64,000 nt of DNA from an uncultured delta proteobacterium (GTDB taxonomy: Bacteria; Desulfobacterota; RBG-13-43-22): positions 1 to 64,000 of the forward strand of contig CAWJJC010000015.1 of NCBI GenBank assembly GCA_963843145.1. Direction: 5' to 3'. Shown one piece after another: positions 40,741-51,915 of the stretch (position 1 is its first letter; each line of letters starts with the position of its first letter). Position numbers and translations under genes: made by a program. The notes under the pieces are model-generated. The model had not been told where the DNA came from. It did not search any database and saw nothing but the letters and a program-made list of their open reading frames with translations.

Positions 40741-42375
40741 ATGATTGTAACACATTCCAGATACCCCGTACTTTTGATGATGGGATTGATCCTGGTCATG
40801 TTTTGTTCCGCCCTTCCCCTCCAGGCCGCCACGAACGTCACCTTGAGTGGTGTCATGCCAGCTTGGGGGGATGTTAATTCTTTCCAGATCAGTTCGGATG
40901 GCCGGCGTGCCGTCTATCTGGCGGATCAGGATACGGATGGTGTTTTGGAGCTTTACAGCGTCTCATGGGACGGAAGTCCCCCGATTCGATTGAATCCCCT
41001 TCTTCCCACCGGCAGATCCATAGCCTCATTTCAGATCAGCCCGGACAGCCACCGGGTGGTTTATACGGCCGATCAAGATAACGCAAAAATCGTCGAATTG
41101 TATAGTGTGCCTATCGCAGGCCCGGCGGCGGCCGGGATCAAACTCAATGGGCCCCTGGTCCTCAGCGGTAATGTTGTTCGTTTCATTATCAGTCCGGACA
41201 GCACCCGGGTGATCTATCAAGCCAATCAACAAACCGCAAGTTTCCTGGAATTGTACAGTGTACCGATCGCGGGCCCGGCGGACGCCTGGATCAAGCTCAA
41301 CGGCCCCCTGGTCCTTAATGGGAATGTTGTGGATTATAAGATCAGCCCGGACAGCAGCCGGGTGCTTTATCGAGCCGACCAGGTCACCAACGGCGTCTTT
41401 GAGTTGTACAGTGTGCCGATCGCGGGCCCGGCAATGGAAGGGATCAAGCTCAACGGTTCCTTGGTTACTAACGGGTCTATTTTTGAATTTCAAGTCAGCC
41501 CGGACAGCAGCCAGGTGGTTTATAGAGCGGACCAACAAACCGATGAGGTCTTTGAGCTGTACAGCGTTCCTCTCGCGGGCCCTTCATCCGCCGGGGTCAA
41601 ACTCAACGGCTCCCTGGCCCTCAACGGAGATATTGTGGAGTTTCAGATCAGCCCGGACGGCAGCCGGGTGGTCTATCAAGCTGACCAACAAACCAATGAT
41701 GTTTTTGAATTGTACAGTGTGCCGATCAAAGGCCCGGCGGACGCCGGGATCAAGCTCAACGGCCTCCCGAGTCTTCTGGGATTTTTTTTGGTTTTTCAGA
41801 TCAGCCCGGACAGCACCCGGGTGGTTTATCGAATCGACCACCAGACCAATGGTGTTTTTGAATTGTTCAGCGTGCCGATCGCAGGCCCGGCGGACGCCTG
41901 GATCAAGCTCAACGGCCCCCTGGTCCCCAACGGTGCGGTTCAAGAATTTCAGATCAGTCCGGACAGCGCCCAGGTGGTTTATCGAGCCGACCAACAAACC
42001 CATAATGTCCTGGAATTGTACCGTGTGCCGATCAAGGGTCCGGCGGACGCCTGGATCAAACTCAACAGCCCCCTGGTCCTCAACGGTTCGGTTTTGGATT
42101 TTCAGGTAAGCCCGAATAGTAGTCGGGTGGTTTATAGAGCCGACCAGGAAACGGTTAACGCCCCTGAATTGTACAGTGTCCCGATGGGGGGCCCGGCGGC
42201 GGCCGGATTCAAGCTTAACAGCTTTCTGGTTCTCAACGGGAGTGTCACGTCTTCTTACCAGATCAGCCCGGACAGCGGGCGGGTGCTTTATATCGCGGAT
42301 CAAGATACCTATTCTGTATTTGAGCTTTTTATGACCTCCAATTATCAACTTTACTTGCCTCTGATGCTCAGATAA
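40741..42375 (+). CDS. Secreted beta-propeller protein with ten ~51-aa TolB/PD40-like repeats
   Basis: FQISPDS.RVVY.ADQ.T..V.ELYSVPI.GP....IKLNG repeated with a 153-bp period; ends YLPLMLR*. Confidence 0.88.
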   Translation: MIVTHSRYPVLLMMGLILVMFCSALPLQAATNVTLSGVMPAWGDVNSFQISSDGRRAVYLADQDTDGVLELYSVSWDGSPPIRLNPLLPTGRSIASFQISPDSHRVVYTADQDNAKIVELYSVPIAGPAAAGIKLNGPLVLSGNVVRFIISPDSTRVIYQANQQTASFLELYSVPIAGPADAWIKLNGPLVLNGNVVDYKISPDSSRVLYRADQVTNGVFELYSVPIAGPAMEGIKLNGSLVTNGSIFEFQVSPDSSQVVYRADQQTDEVFELYSVPLAGPSSAGVKLNGSLALNGDIVEFQISPDGSRVVYQADQQTNDVFELYSVPIKGPADAGIKLNGLPSLLGFFLVFQISPDSTRVVYRIDHQTNGVFELFSVPIAGPADAWIKLNGPLVPNGAVQEFQISPDSAQVVYRADQQTHNVLELYRVPIKGPADAWIKLNSPLVLNGSVLDFQVSPNSSRVVYRADQETVNAPELYSVPMGGPAAAGFKLNSFLVLNGSVTSSYQISPDSGRVLYIADQDTYSVFELFMTSNYQLYLPLMLR

Positions 42376-42419
42376 GGAGGGGATCTCATCACCTTGAGCG
42401 GTGGGAATGCCCTTTCACT

Positions 42420-42830
42420 ATTTTCAAGTTTCTTTCAGGTCAATCGCTGAACCGCAACCGGGTTGACCAATGCTACCATCAACGGAAACCGGGCGGTAGG
42501 GAGCGGCGCTGTGGGTCAAGACGGAGGCAGCATCGTCCTGGCTCACGCAACCATCGCAAACAAAGCCGCACCATTCTTCGCCGGCGGGATCGGGAATCGG
42601 TTGGGCACGATCACCCTAAAGAACACACTCCTCTCGGGCAACTTTAACACAAGGAACGGTCAGGGAACGAACTGCTGTAAACCGCTGGCCGCTGGCAGTT
42701 TCAGCTTGTCCGGTGATTTTACCTGTGGATTTGGCGCTGCCTTTGACCATGTCAGTCTCCCACTCTTTCCGCTGGCCTTTAGCCTGGGGTTCACGCCAAC
42801 ATAAATGCTTCCCCAAGGCAGTCCGGCAAT
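42420..42830 (+). pseudogene. Remnant of another beta-helix/choice-of-anchor Q gene
   Basis: TI.GN.A...TI..N...GGI...TL.NTLL.GN...NC...SLS.D.TC...GF.PT.; premature stop at 42802-42804. Confidence 0.6.
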
Positions 42831-42939
42831 TGAATCGGGAACTGGCGTCCGGGCCATTAACAAGATTAAAGAATTTCGTGAAAATGCCGATAAGGAAAGG
42901 GGACGAAAGAGCCACTTGGACAATCCCGCCGATTTTTAA

Positions 42940-44274
42940 ATGAGAGCGCTTTCAGAATATGAGTGCTCAACTGATTGGATCTGCGCCATGCGATCAGACA
43001 AATGCTTAGCTCGAACCAACCGCCAGGCATGGGTTGCGGGCCTTTCCTTTTTTCTGATTCTGCTAATGATGGGTGCGAATATCGGCATAAGCCAGGATCG
43101 TATCGCGGTTGCCGCACCGTCGCCAAAAGTGATATCCATCTGGGGGGGAGCGAGATCCTCGATCGTCCTAAAATCGGACGGTACAGTTTGGGACTGGGGC
43201 ATGAATTGGCATGGCAAATTGGGCGATAACAGCGTTTCGATTTTCTCGGATCAGGCCGACTTCGCCGGTGGCAGCAATGATCGCTTTACGCCGATTCAAG
43301 TCCACGGGCCAGGCAATGTGGGTTATCTCGATTCGATTACGGCGATCATGGGCGGCGAGAGCCATAGCTTCGCCCTGAAATCGGACGGCACGGTCTGGGC
43401 CTGGGGTTGGAATACCATGGGTCAGTTAGGAGATGGAACCTATACGGACCGATATACACCTGTCCGAGTCAGCGGATTATACTCAATCCTCGCCCTCGGA
43501 GGACGGGGGTATCACAGCCTGGCCCTCAGTTCGGACAGCACGGTCTGGAGCTGGGGATGGAATGCCGGTGGACAATTGGGTGATGGAACGACCATCAACA
43601 GAAACCTGCCTGTCCAGGTCATTGGACTGAGCGGAGTGTCGATGATTAGCGGAGGATATAAGCACAGCCTCGCTTTAATGGCTGACCAGACATTACGATC
43701 CTGGGGATTTAATAACGACGGCCAACTGGGGGATGGATCCAAGAACAATAGTGATACCCCTGTCCAAGTCAGCGTATTGACCGATATTATCCAGGTCTCC
43801 AGCGGATGGAATCATAACGTGGCGCTCAAATCAGACGGCACGGTCTGGACCTGGGGTTGGAATTTCAATGGCGAATTGGGGAACGGGACCTCCTCAGATA
43901 GTAATGTGCCTATCCAGGTCAGCGGGTTAAGCAACATGATCGCAGTATCTGGCGGGGATTTTCACACTGCAGCGCTCAAGTCGGACGGCACGGTCTGGAC
44001 CTGGGGATGGAATTACGATGGTCAATTGGGAGACGGGACAAATACGGAACGACATACTCCCGTCCAGGTTGTCGGATTAAGTGATGTGATCGCTATTGCC
44101 GCCAGAGACCACCATAACCTGGCGATCAAGGCAGATGGTTCAGTCTGGGCGTGGGGCTGGAATATCAATGGTCAGTTGGGCGATAACACGACTACCGACA
44201 GAAATATTCCCGTACCAGTCATTTTCTGGAACAATTGGAACAATCAAGTCTATTTGCCGCTCGTTGTGAGATGA
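42940..44274 (+). CDS. Secreted RCC1-repeat beta-propeller protein
   Basis: Seven [19 protein letters not shown]-type repeats; ends VYLPLVVR*; start uncertain. Confidence 0.9.
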   Translation: MRALSEYECSTDWICAMRSDKCLARTNRQAWVAGLSFFLILLMMGANIGISQDRIAVAAPSPKVISIWGGARSSIVLKSDGTVWDWGMNWHGKLGDNSVSIFSDQADFAGGSNDRFTPIQVHGPGNVGYLDSITAIMGGESHSFALKSDGTVWAWGWNTMGQLGDGTYTDRYTPVRVSGLYSILALGGRGYHSLALSSDSTVWSWGWNAGGQLGDGTTINRNLPVQVIGLSGVSMISGGYKHSLALMADQTLRSWGFNNDGQLGDGSKNNSDTPVQVSVLTDIIQVSSGWNHNVALKSDGTVWTWGWNFNGELGNGTSSDSNVPIQVSGLSNMIAVSGGDFHTAALKSDGTVWTWGWNYDGQLGDGTNTERHTPVQVVGLSDVIAIAARDHHNLAIKADGSVWAWGWNINGQLGDNTTTDRNIPVPVIFWNNWNNQVYLPLVVR

Positions 44275-44355
44275 CAAAAACTGGAGCCGAATGGAGAAAG
44301 GATGAGGCACCTGTATCTAAAAAACAGAAATGGCAGGAGAGATTTGGGGAGGCCT

Positions 44356-44910
44356 ATGCGCCTTATCATACCTCTCTCGCTGTTTATGCTCGCGATGGTT
44401 CTGCTTGGAATGGACGCTTGGGCACAAGTTGGAGGAGCAACTATCACCCTTGCCGGGAGCATCGTGACCAGAAACGGAACGGTGGTCCCGCCATTCCCTA
44501 AAGTCGGCAGATGGACTGAGTTTGAGGGTAAATCTTCCGACCGATATGAAACCCACCAATTTAGGTATATGGTCCCTAACGAGGCGCCGGCAATTGAACT
44601 TTACATGACAACCGACAAGCGGAATGAAGCGCCTGACGGAGTCTTTGAAATAGGATTGGTGAAAGGATTTGTCCGCGGTTTTGCTTCTAAGGCTGGATTC
44701 AAATACGAGGAGCCGGTTTTTGGAGGGCGGAATATCGGTACCGCCAAAACGCTGTACACTTCCGTGCTGTTATCGAAAGGCAGGCAGACACTTTGGGTTC
44801 ATGCCTATGTCTATCCTCGTAAACCGTCACTGACGTTTATAGTGGTCACAGGAAATGAGGGTAGGCGAGAGGGAATAGAGAAGTACCTGTTGGGAGTTGA
44901 GGTGAAATAA
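44356..44910 (+). CDS. Hypothetical exported protein
   Basis: GGGGAGG RBS, signal peptide ending AWA; no family recognised. Confidence 0.55.
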   Translation: MRLIIPLSLFMLAMVLLGMDAWAQVGGATITLAGSIVTRNGTVVPPFPKVGRWTEFEGKSSDRYETHQFRYMVPNEAPAIELYMTTDKRNEAPDGVFEIGLVKGFVRGFASKAGFKYEEPVFGGRNIGTAKTLYTSVLLSKGRQTLWVHAYVYPRKPSLTFIVVTGNEGRREGIEKYLLGVEVK

Positions 44911-45093
44911 GGTCGAAAAAGCTGTTGGAACGGACACCACCTCGCCCGCCGACCAATCCCCGGCACGCCTAAATAAGTAGGCCGGAACCGCCAGGCATTT
45001 TTCATTGCCCTTCATGCCAGACAGGACGAAAAGGTATGAAGCAAAGGCTTGGCATACCTATCGTTACCGGATTGATATGAATCAGGAGGAAAC

Positions 45094-45774
45094 ATGGTCA
45101 CCCTAATCGCCGAATGGATGGGTTCCGCTATCACCGTCTTGGCAGCAATACTATTCATGAAATTTTATTACACCGCTAAAATGTCTCGTTTCTATAAAAA
45201 GAAATGGGTCATCGTGGTCTGTTCATTCATGGTGCTCTATTCAATCATCGGCATTACTAATGCCTATAGAAGCTATACCCAAGATAGGCTCCCGACAAAA
45301 GGGGAACTCCAAAAAGCGATCGGAGCAAACAGCACCCTCGTCGTCCAGGATTTTGTTTTCGACTCTCCGGATGGATTCACTTTAGTGGTGCCAGCCAATT
45401 ATGCATACACGACTTTCCCTTCCGGTCCGATATCGATGATTGCCGTCAAAAAACAATCGCAATCTGCAATAGTTGTTTCGAGGCAGCAGGGCAGTGAGAA
45501 TTTAGAAACCCTAGTTAAAGATACAATCCAGGTATTGAAAAGGAAAAATTCAACCTACGCTTTCTCCCCGGCATCACAGGTATCGATAAGTAACAAAAAT
45601 GCGATTAAAATAAGTGTTGATGTGGAGAAGGAGGGGATTCCCGTTAAAGGGATATACTTATTTTCAAAAATTGGAAATAACGTTTTAGCAATTATGCTGT
45701 CCTGCCCGGCTAGTTTCTTTCCTCAAGAATCCGCAGCGTTCGAAAAAGTCATCCGATCGATAAGATTTCGATAA
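45094..45774 (+). CDS. Hypothetical membrane protein (two N-terminal TM helices, PsbP-like soluble domain)
   Basis: AGGAGG RBS; low-GC ORF; ends FEKVIRSIRF. Confidence 0.6.
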   Translation: MVTLIAEWMGSAITVLAAILFMKFYYTAKMSRFYKKKWVIVVCSFMVLYSIIGITNAYRSYTQDRLPTKGELQKAIGANSTLVVQDFVFDSPDGFTLVVPANYAYTTFPSGPISMIAVKKQSQSAIVVSRQQGSENLETLVKDTIQVLKRKNSTYAFSPASQVSISNKNAIKISVDVEKEGIPVKGIYLFSKIGNNVLAIMLSCPASFFPQESAAFEKVIRSIRFR

Positions 45775-46480
45775 AAGCATCCAACGAAATGGGCGTAGTC
45801 GACGGACGATAGTCGGTCAGGGTCCGGAAAACAAGCTTCTGGGAGGTCGAGACGGCATCACTCCGGATTTTCCCCAGGAGTTCCGGACCTTCGACATCCG
45901 CCGCAACAGTGACAATACCCTTTCCATCATCATCACCAAGGTGGACCCCGCGGTGGTCGCCGGGTCGCCCGCGGAAAAATCGAGGGGCTATGCCTTCGGC
46001 GCCGCGTGCGTCTTTGGTAGCTACCCTCTCGAGTACCGCTTCCCAGGCCTATAATGCCGAACTGGTGAGACAATTGACCCCTGCCAGGCAGGCGATCATC
46101 GTCAATTACGGCGAAGACTTGTAGGCGTATACGCTCAAAGGTAAGTCTGGAGACCGGGGGGAGGAGACCTTTTCAACTTGGAAAATCCGAGGCGAAGCAA
46201 ATTTTCCTTGGAATATCGGGATGCTTCTTCCTGTACTCTTACTCCGCTACTCCTGAAAAAGGACGAGATTTAGAATGGAAATCGTTAGTTATCGCCCAAA
46301 GTAAAAGCGCTTAAGGTTACTCCAGCTTTTCTCCACAAACCTCTTACTATGTACTGCCTGAATCGGTAAAATACTACGTTTACCCTATTTACATTTATTC
46401 TTCCATATCCATAATGCTAAATTGGAATAAATCCTAAAATAATTCCAAGTTCATGTGACCATTATAGGGAAGGGGTAGCC

Positions 46481-48185
46481 ATGAAAGAGGAGCGCTGGAG
46501 GGATAGCAGGAATCTAAAGGTGCTGATTCAATCAGGATTATTGATTCTGGTTGGAACGATCCTAATTACAGTAACTGCCCAGGCAGCGGGGGTCGTCGGG
46601 ACCGGTACACCGGCCAGTTGCACTGAGACAGCGCTGGATACCGCGCTGGCGGGCGGTGGCGCTGTGACCTTCAATTGCGGCGCGTCGCCGTTCATCATTA
46701 TTGTCACCGGGGTCAAGACCATCAGCAGCGACACGACCATAGACGGTGGAACCTTGGTCGCGCTCAGCGGCGGGAACGTGACGCGCGTGCTGGACGTAAA
46801 TGCCGGCGTAACCCTCACCCTCAATAACCTCACGGTCCAGAATGCCTTCCGGAGCCTGGGCGACGGCGGCGCGATCCAAAACCTCGGTACGCTCAACATT
46901 ACGAACTGTAAATTCCTGAACAACAAGACCACGTCGGCCTGGAGCGGCGGGGCGATTTTGTCACTGGGACCATTGAACATCACCAACAGCGAGTTTGCTT
47001 TCAACGAAGGGGGGAATGGCGGTGCCCTCTACCCGCGCTTTTCTGCTGCGATCACGATGATCTCGGGCAGCTCATTTCATGACAACTCGACGTCGAACAC
47101 GACGGACGGCTGGGGTGGCGCGATGCTGATCTGGGACGGCGCGCCGGTGACCGTACAGAGCAGCCAGTTCATCCACAATACCGCCCGCTGGGGCGGCGCG
47201 TTATACGTCTTCCCCAACAGCAGCTTGACCCTGACCAGCAGCTTGTTGGCCAATAACGTGGCCGACGGCGGCCCCAGCGCGGACGGTGGCGGCGGGGCCA
47301 TCTACAACAATGCCCACCTGGTGCTGGACGCTACCACGGTGGAGAACAACGTCGTGGTGGTGCCTCCGGGTTTCGGCTTCCCCGGGATTCGCGCCGGCGG
47401 CGCCATTTGGAACAGCACCTCCGGTTCGATCCAGATGAGCGGGGGCGCGCTGCGAGCAACCACGCCCTGCACGGTGGCGCGCTGTACAGCCTCGGAAACG
47501 CCGCGCTGGTCATGGCCACACTGGCGGATAACCTGGCCGGCAGAGGCGGCGCCATCGAAAATAGTAACAATTTGGCCAACACGCTGACCATCAGCGGCTC
47601 CACCTTCAGCGGCAACCAGGTTTCCTTCGCGATTTATCCCGCCGTCGTTACCCCTCTGGGCAGCGCCATCTTCAACACGGCGCGCCTCGACATCACCAAC
47701 AGCACCCTCAGCGGCAACAGCGGCAAATGGCGCTGCAAGAAGACAACAGCGTCATCACGCTTACCAACGTCACCGTGGCGCAAAACCCGAATGGCGGCCT
47801 CGGCTCTGATCAGAGCCCCAATACGAGTCAGGTCCGGTTGTTCAATACCTTGCTGGCCGGCAACGGCACGCACAACTGCGGATCGATCCTGTTCGGGACG
47901 TTCACCAGCCAGAACAGCCTTTCGAGCGATAACAGTTGCCTAACCTGGGTCGGCAGCCAAAACCAAAACGGCATCGATCCGCTGTTGAGCCCGCTGGGCT
48001 TTCACGGCGGCCCCACCCTGACGCACATGTTGGCCGCCGACAGCCGGGCGGTGGACGCCGGTGCCAACTGCCCCGCGCTGGACCAGCGCGGGGGCCTGCG
48101 GCCTGTGGGTGCCGCCTGCGACATCGGCTCGGTGGAGTATGGAGCGCTCTTGCCATTGCTTTATCTGCCGTTAATCTCGAAATGA
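46481..48185 (+). CDS. Secreted beta-helix/choice-of-anchor Q protein; two frameshifts (~47455, ~47727)
   Basis: GTPASCTE..L..AL..GG..TFNCG, GGAI repeats, DQRG..RP....CDIG.VE; ends LYLPLISK*; the duplicate at 56474-57226 is in frame across both sites. Confidence 0.85.
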
Positions 48186-48298
48186 TTAATCCAGCTCGGT
48201 CAGATCTTCCCGTTCCTTGACACCTTTCCTCCAAACAGCCCCGAATAAATTTTCGCGTTGTTACCCGACTAGGGATCGTTGACCGGACACTCGATCCT

Positions 48299-51295
48299 TT
48301 AGTTAAACAGCAGGGGGAGCCATATATTGGGATTCCAGACCACTGTAGCTGAACTGAAGAATTGAACCCCCGCCGCTACGCCGGTGGCTACAATCCTGTC
48401 CGTTCCCGGTGTCCCGTCATTCGAGTAGGTGAACGCCGCCCGGCCGTTGCTGTCGGTCGTGCCGGAACCGCCCTGGTCGCTGTTGGGGCCGGAGAGAATG
48501 TTGAAAAAGACCGGCACGTTCGCCAGCGGAGCACCGTCGGAGGTGATCGTCGCCGTGACCGTGTGGGGGCCGCTGGATTTGTTCGAACTCTCCTCGGGTG
48601 AAAGCGTGCTGATCAAGGTCCCCGCCGGGGGGGGACCGCTGGTCACCGTAACGCACCGAGAAAACTCCGAGGTACTCCCCTGGGGATCCGTAGCCGTGGC
48701 CGTGATGACCTGACCCGGGGAGACGGTGTCAAGCAGGGTCGCGCTGAAAGCCCCGGAGCCTGCGACGTCAGTCACTACAAGGGCTTCGCCCAGGAAAGTC
48801 CGGCCCTCGCCGAAACCCGAAGGGCTGCAAGACGAATTGGAGAAGAACTCCAACCGGAACTCGGTGTCCGGGGTGCTGTTGATCATGCCGGCGATGGCGA
48901 TGCTGTTCACAATCGTGGCGCTCGCCAGATCGGGATAGTTCTGGCCGGAATTGGCCCGCACGTCGGCGTCCAGGGGATCATTGGTGTCTACACCCGTCGG
49001 AGGAGAGAGGTCGATGGCCGCGGTGCTGCCATTTTCAAAGATGCTGTTACGGGAAATCGTATTTCCCGTGCCCGTACCACTGATGAACACCCCTCGCAAC
49101 GCGTTAAACGCGATGACATTGTTTTCAACCCTGTTCTGATCGGCGCTGGAGAGCAAGATCCCCGTATCCCCGTTTCCCCGGTTCAGGGTCCCGGTCAAAT
49201 CCGTGCCGATCAGGTTATTCCAGACGAGATTTCTTCTCGCCCCCGGCCCCAGGGCCACCCCGGCCACGGTGTTGCCCGAGATGACATTCCGATCCCCAGG
49301 ATCAGGACCACCGATCCGATCATCCTCGCCAAATACGCCGATCCCCAGCCGATTGGGTATGACCGCGCTGCCCGGCGTAAGGCCGATCAGGTTCCCGGAG
49401 ATCCAGTTCCCGTTTCCGGTCACCTGAATCGCGCCAATATTCGCGGAAGGCTGATGGTTCAGAAAGGCCAGGCCTTGAACAGTAATGTTATCCCCTGATA
49501 AATTTAACATCGGGGACTCAAGCCCGGCGCCATCCAAGCCGATTTTGACCACGCCGTTGAAGCCGGTCGATGCGGTGTTGGGGGCGGCCCCCGGCTGGGT
49601 AAAGCCGGCGATCACCGCAGGCTGGGTGATGGTCACCACACCTGCGAGGTCAATAACATGAGACTGGGAGCCGGGGATGTCAAAGAAGATCCGGTTCTCT
49701 ACCGCAGGATTTTCGGTGCCGTTGGAGTCTAAAACAGCCTGGGCAAAGCTGCCTGGGCCGGTCGGGTTGGTATTGTTGACACCGAACTCCTGGCCGGCTC
49801 GCGCCAAGACGGGGGAAAACTCCGAGGTATCCGGGATCGTTCCGGCGCGGGTGGCTGTGGAGCTGATCCAGTGCCCCTGGGAGGCGGGCAGGGCCGCTTC
49901 AAAAACCGCCTCGCCCTTCCCGTCGGTCGTTACGTCGATGGTCCCGAGATAAAACTGGCCCTCCCCGTAGCCGCTCGGGTCCCGGACCTCGTTTCCGTAA
50001 AAATCGATATGAAACGGGGTATTGGGCACGCTCTGGAGCCCCCCCTTGACCTTGAGGCCTGTACCGCTCGCCTCAACGCTGGAGAGGATCGGGAAGTTCT
50101 GGAGCCGGTTCGGGCCTTTGTCCTGGTCAGGGGCCGGGTCGTTTTTTGTTACCCCATCTGCTCCAAGGTCAATTCCGAGGCCTCCGTTTTTGAAGATGCG
50201 GTTTCCCCGAATCGAATTTCCGATGGATTCGAGGATCGAAAGGATCACACCTGATTCCAAATCATAACCACTCGATTTGGTAACGTTAATACCACTACCA
50301 CCATTATTCGCGATGATGTTTCCTGCTCCCGGTGTCGTCTGGCCGACAACAGAGTTTGTCTCCCCCTCGAATATTATACCGGGTCCGCCATTCCCCAAGG
50401 CACCGGTGCCAGACACATCCGTACCGATGAAGTTGCCGGTGATCACTCCCTCCGTTCCAATTTGTGACCTGATACCTTCATACTCATTTCCCGAGATCAC
50501 ATTTCGTTGTTCGGGACTCGTTCCGCCGATTGATGTCCCAGTAGCCCTAAATATGGTAATCCCTACGCCATTTGCCAACTTGGCACTGCCTGTCTTGTCG
50601 GTTCCAATGAAATTCCCCTCGATCTTGGTCCGATTAGCGTTAGAAATTGTAATTCCCGTTCTGGTATTTCCAGAAATAACGTTCCGTGATATCGGGTCCG
50701 CTCCTCCAATAATGTTGGACGAAGAATTCTCCTGGATTTCAATGCCATATCTATTGCCCATGTCCGCGGAGCCGGAAGCAGGAATGCCGATGAAATTGCC
50801 GGAGATCACATCTCGGCCGGCACCCGCCAGAATAATTCCGATAAAACTAAATCCGTAGATCGCTAATCCCTTCACTTTGCTATCTGCCGCAACGATATTT
50901 AAACCACTCGCAAGCCTACCTGCCAGGGAACCGTCCAATTCGATCTGCAATACCGCATTGTTGCCGGTGACCTCGGTGTTGGGGCTGGCCCCGGGCTGGG
51001 TGTAGCCGTCGATGGTTACCGGGGAAGTGATGGTTGGCAACGGACTTAAGGGCTTGATCGCATGGGGGCCTGCACCGGGTATATTAAAGGCAATGGTGTC
51101 CGCATTCGTCACGGTCAGATTCGCCTGTTCAATGGCGTCCCTCAGTGACCCCGCCCCGGCATCGTTGGTATTGATTACGGTGAAGGTTTCAGCGTGGGCC
51201 GTCAGCGTTGCCGCGACCAGGCCCAGGCCCAGCAGCAACCCCTGCACGATTCTTTTCCCCAAACTTCCTCTCATTCTGAAGACTTTGGTGTTCAT
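48299..51295 (-). CDS. Secreted parallel beta-helix protein with C-terminal Big_1/invasin-like Ig domain
   Basis: VINTND.G.GSLR.AI..AN, GNFIGTD, N.ISGN, QN.P.L, TSEFS (duplicated module); TTD.NG.A.F; ends IWLPLLFN*. Confidence 0.88.
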   Translation of the reverse strand: MNTKVFRMRGSLGKRIVQGLLLGLGLVAATLTAHAETFTVINTNDAGAGSLRDAIEQANLTVTNADTIAFNIPGAGPHAIKPLSPLPTITSPVTIDGYTQPGASPNTEVTGNNAVLQIELDGSLAGRLASGLNIVAADSKVKGLAIYGFSFIGIILAGAGRDVISGNFIGIPASGSADMGNRYGIEIQENSSSNIIGGADPISRNVISGNTRTGITISNANRTKIEGNFIGTDKTGSAKLANGVGITIFRATGTSIGGTSPEQRNVISGNEYEGIRSQIGTEGVITGNFIGTDVSGTGALGNGGPGIIFEGETNSVVGQTTPGAGNIIANNGGSGINVTKSSGYDLESGVILSILESIGNSIRGNRIFKNGGLGIDLGADGVTKNDPAPDQDKGPNRLQNFPILSSVEASGTGLKVKGGLQSVPNTPFHIDFYGNEVRDPSGYGEGQFYLGTIDVTTDGKGEAVFEAALPASQGHWISSTATRAGTIPDTSEFSPVLARAGQEFGVNNTNPTGPGSFAQAVLDSNGTENPAVENRIFFDIPGSQSHVIDLAGVVTITQPAVIAGFTQPGAAPNTASTGFNGVVKIGLDGAGLESPMLNLSGDNITVQGLAFLNHQPSANIGAIQVTGNGNWISGNLIGLTPGSAVIPNRLGIGVFGEDDRIGGPDPGDRNVISGNTVAGVALGPGARRNLVWNNLIGTDLTGTLNRGNGDTGILLSSADQNRVENNVIAFNALRGVFISGTGTGNTISRNSIFENGSTAAIDLSPPTGVDTNDPLDADVRANSGQNYPDLASATIVNSIAIAGMINSTPDTEFRLEFFSNSSCSPSGFGEGRTFLGEALVVTDVAGSGAFSATLLDTVSPGQVITATATDPQGSTSEFSRCVTVTSGPPPAGTLISTLSPEESSNKSSGPHTVTATITSDGAPLANVPVFFNILSGPNSDQGGSGTTDSNGRAAFTYSNDGTPGTDRIVATGVAAGVQFFSSATVVWNPNIWLPLLFN

Positions 51296-51600
51296 CCGGG
51301 CACCCTCACTCTTTGAATAAATCCTATGTTCCGAAGTGGATTGATTGCCGCCAATTTCAGGACAAGCGTAACTAATTGTACTTGTACGCTCATCCCCCCT
51401 TTTTAAAAAATATAAGTATTCTTTTTTAAGTTGGCCAGCAAAATCCACTTTTTTAGGGGCAGTTTCGCCCTTATATACGGAACGCCTCCTAATATTAGGT
51501 TGTTTTTAGTGCCCCCCAAGTTGAATATAAGGGAATTTTAACAAGAAAATACAGGGTATCCCTTATTTTGATTAAGGGAAAAACTCTTATATTCTAATCT

Positions 51601-51691
51601 AGGGACGGTGAATCCTCGAGACCAGGGTGCCATCCCCTTGCGCTTTATGACCCAAACGGGAGGAGTGTTCCTTCCCTTGATTTCTCGCTGA
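51601..51691 (+). pseudogene. 3' remnant of the 57485-58096 gene
   Basis: GTVNPRDQGAIPLRFMTQTGGVFLPLISR* fused directly to the promoter region. Confidence 0.85.
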
Positions 51692-51915
51692 TCGTTAAAT
51701 GACCTCAATTGCCGGTAACTTCTACGGAGGAAGACCCTTGGGTTGGCAGGTTGGACCAACCGTAATCGGCGGTATTAATATCTAGTGGAAATTATTAACC
51801 CTTAAGGGCAAAACAACATTAGCAGGTTCAATTAAGCCTAACGTAAATTTCGGTTTTGCTCGGTAATCGGAATTTGGGCTAGTGTACTCGCTATAAACCT
51901 TTACCAGGGCTTCGG

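Noticed and set aside
35460-42330. CRISPR-like or non-coding tandem arrays
   Set aside because: The repeats are in-frame protein repeats (FG-GAP, propeller blades) with no unique spacers.
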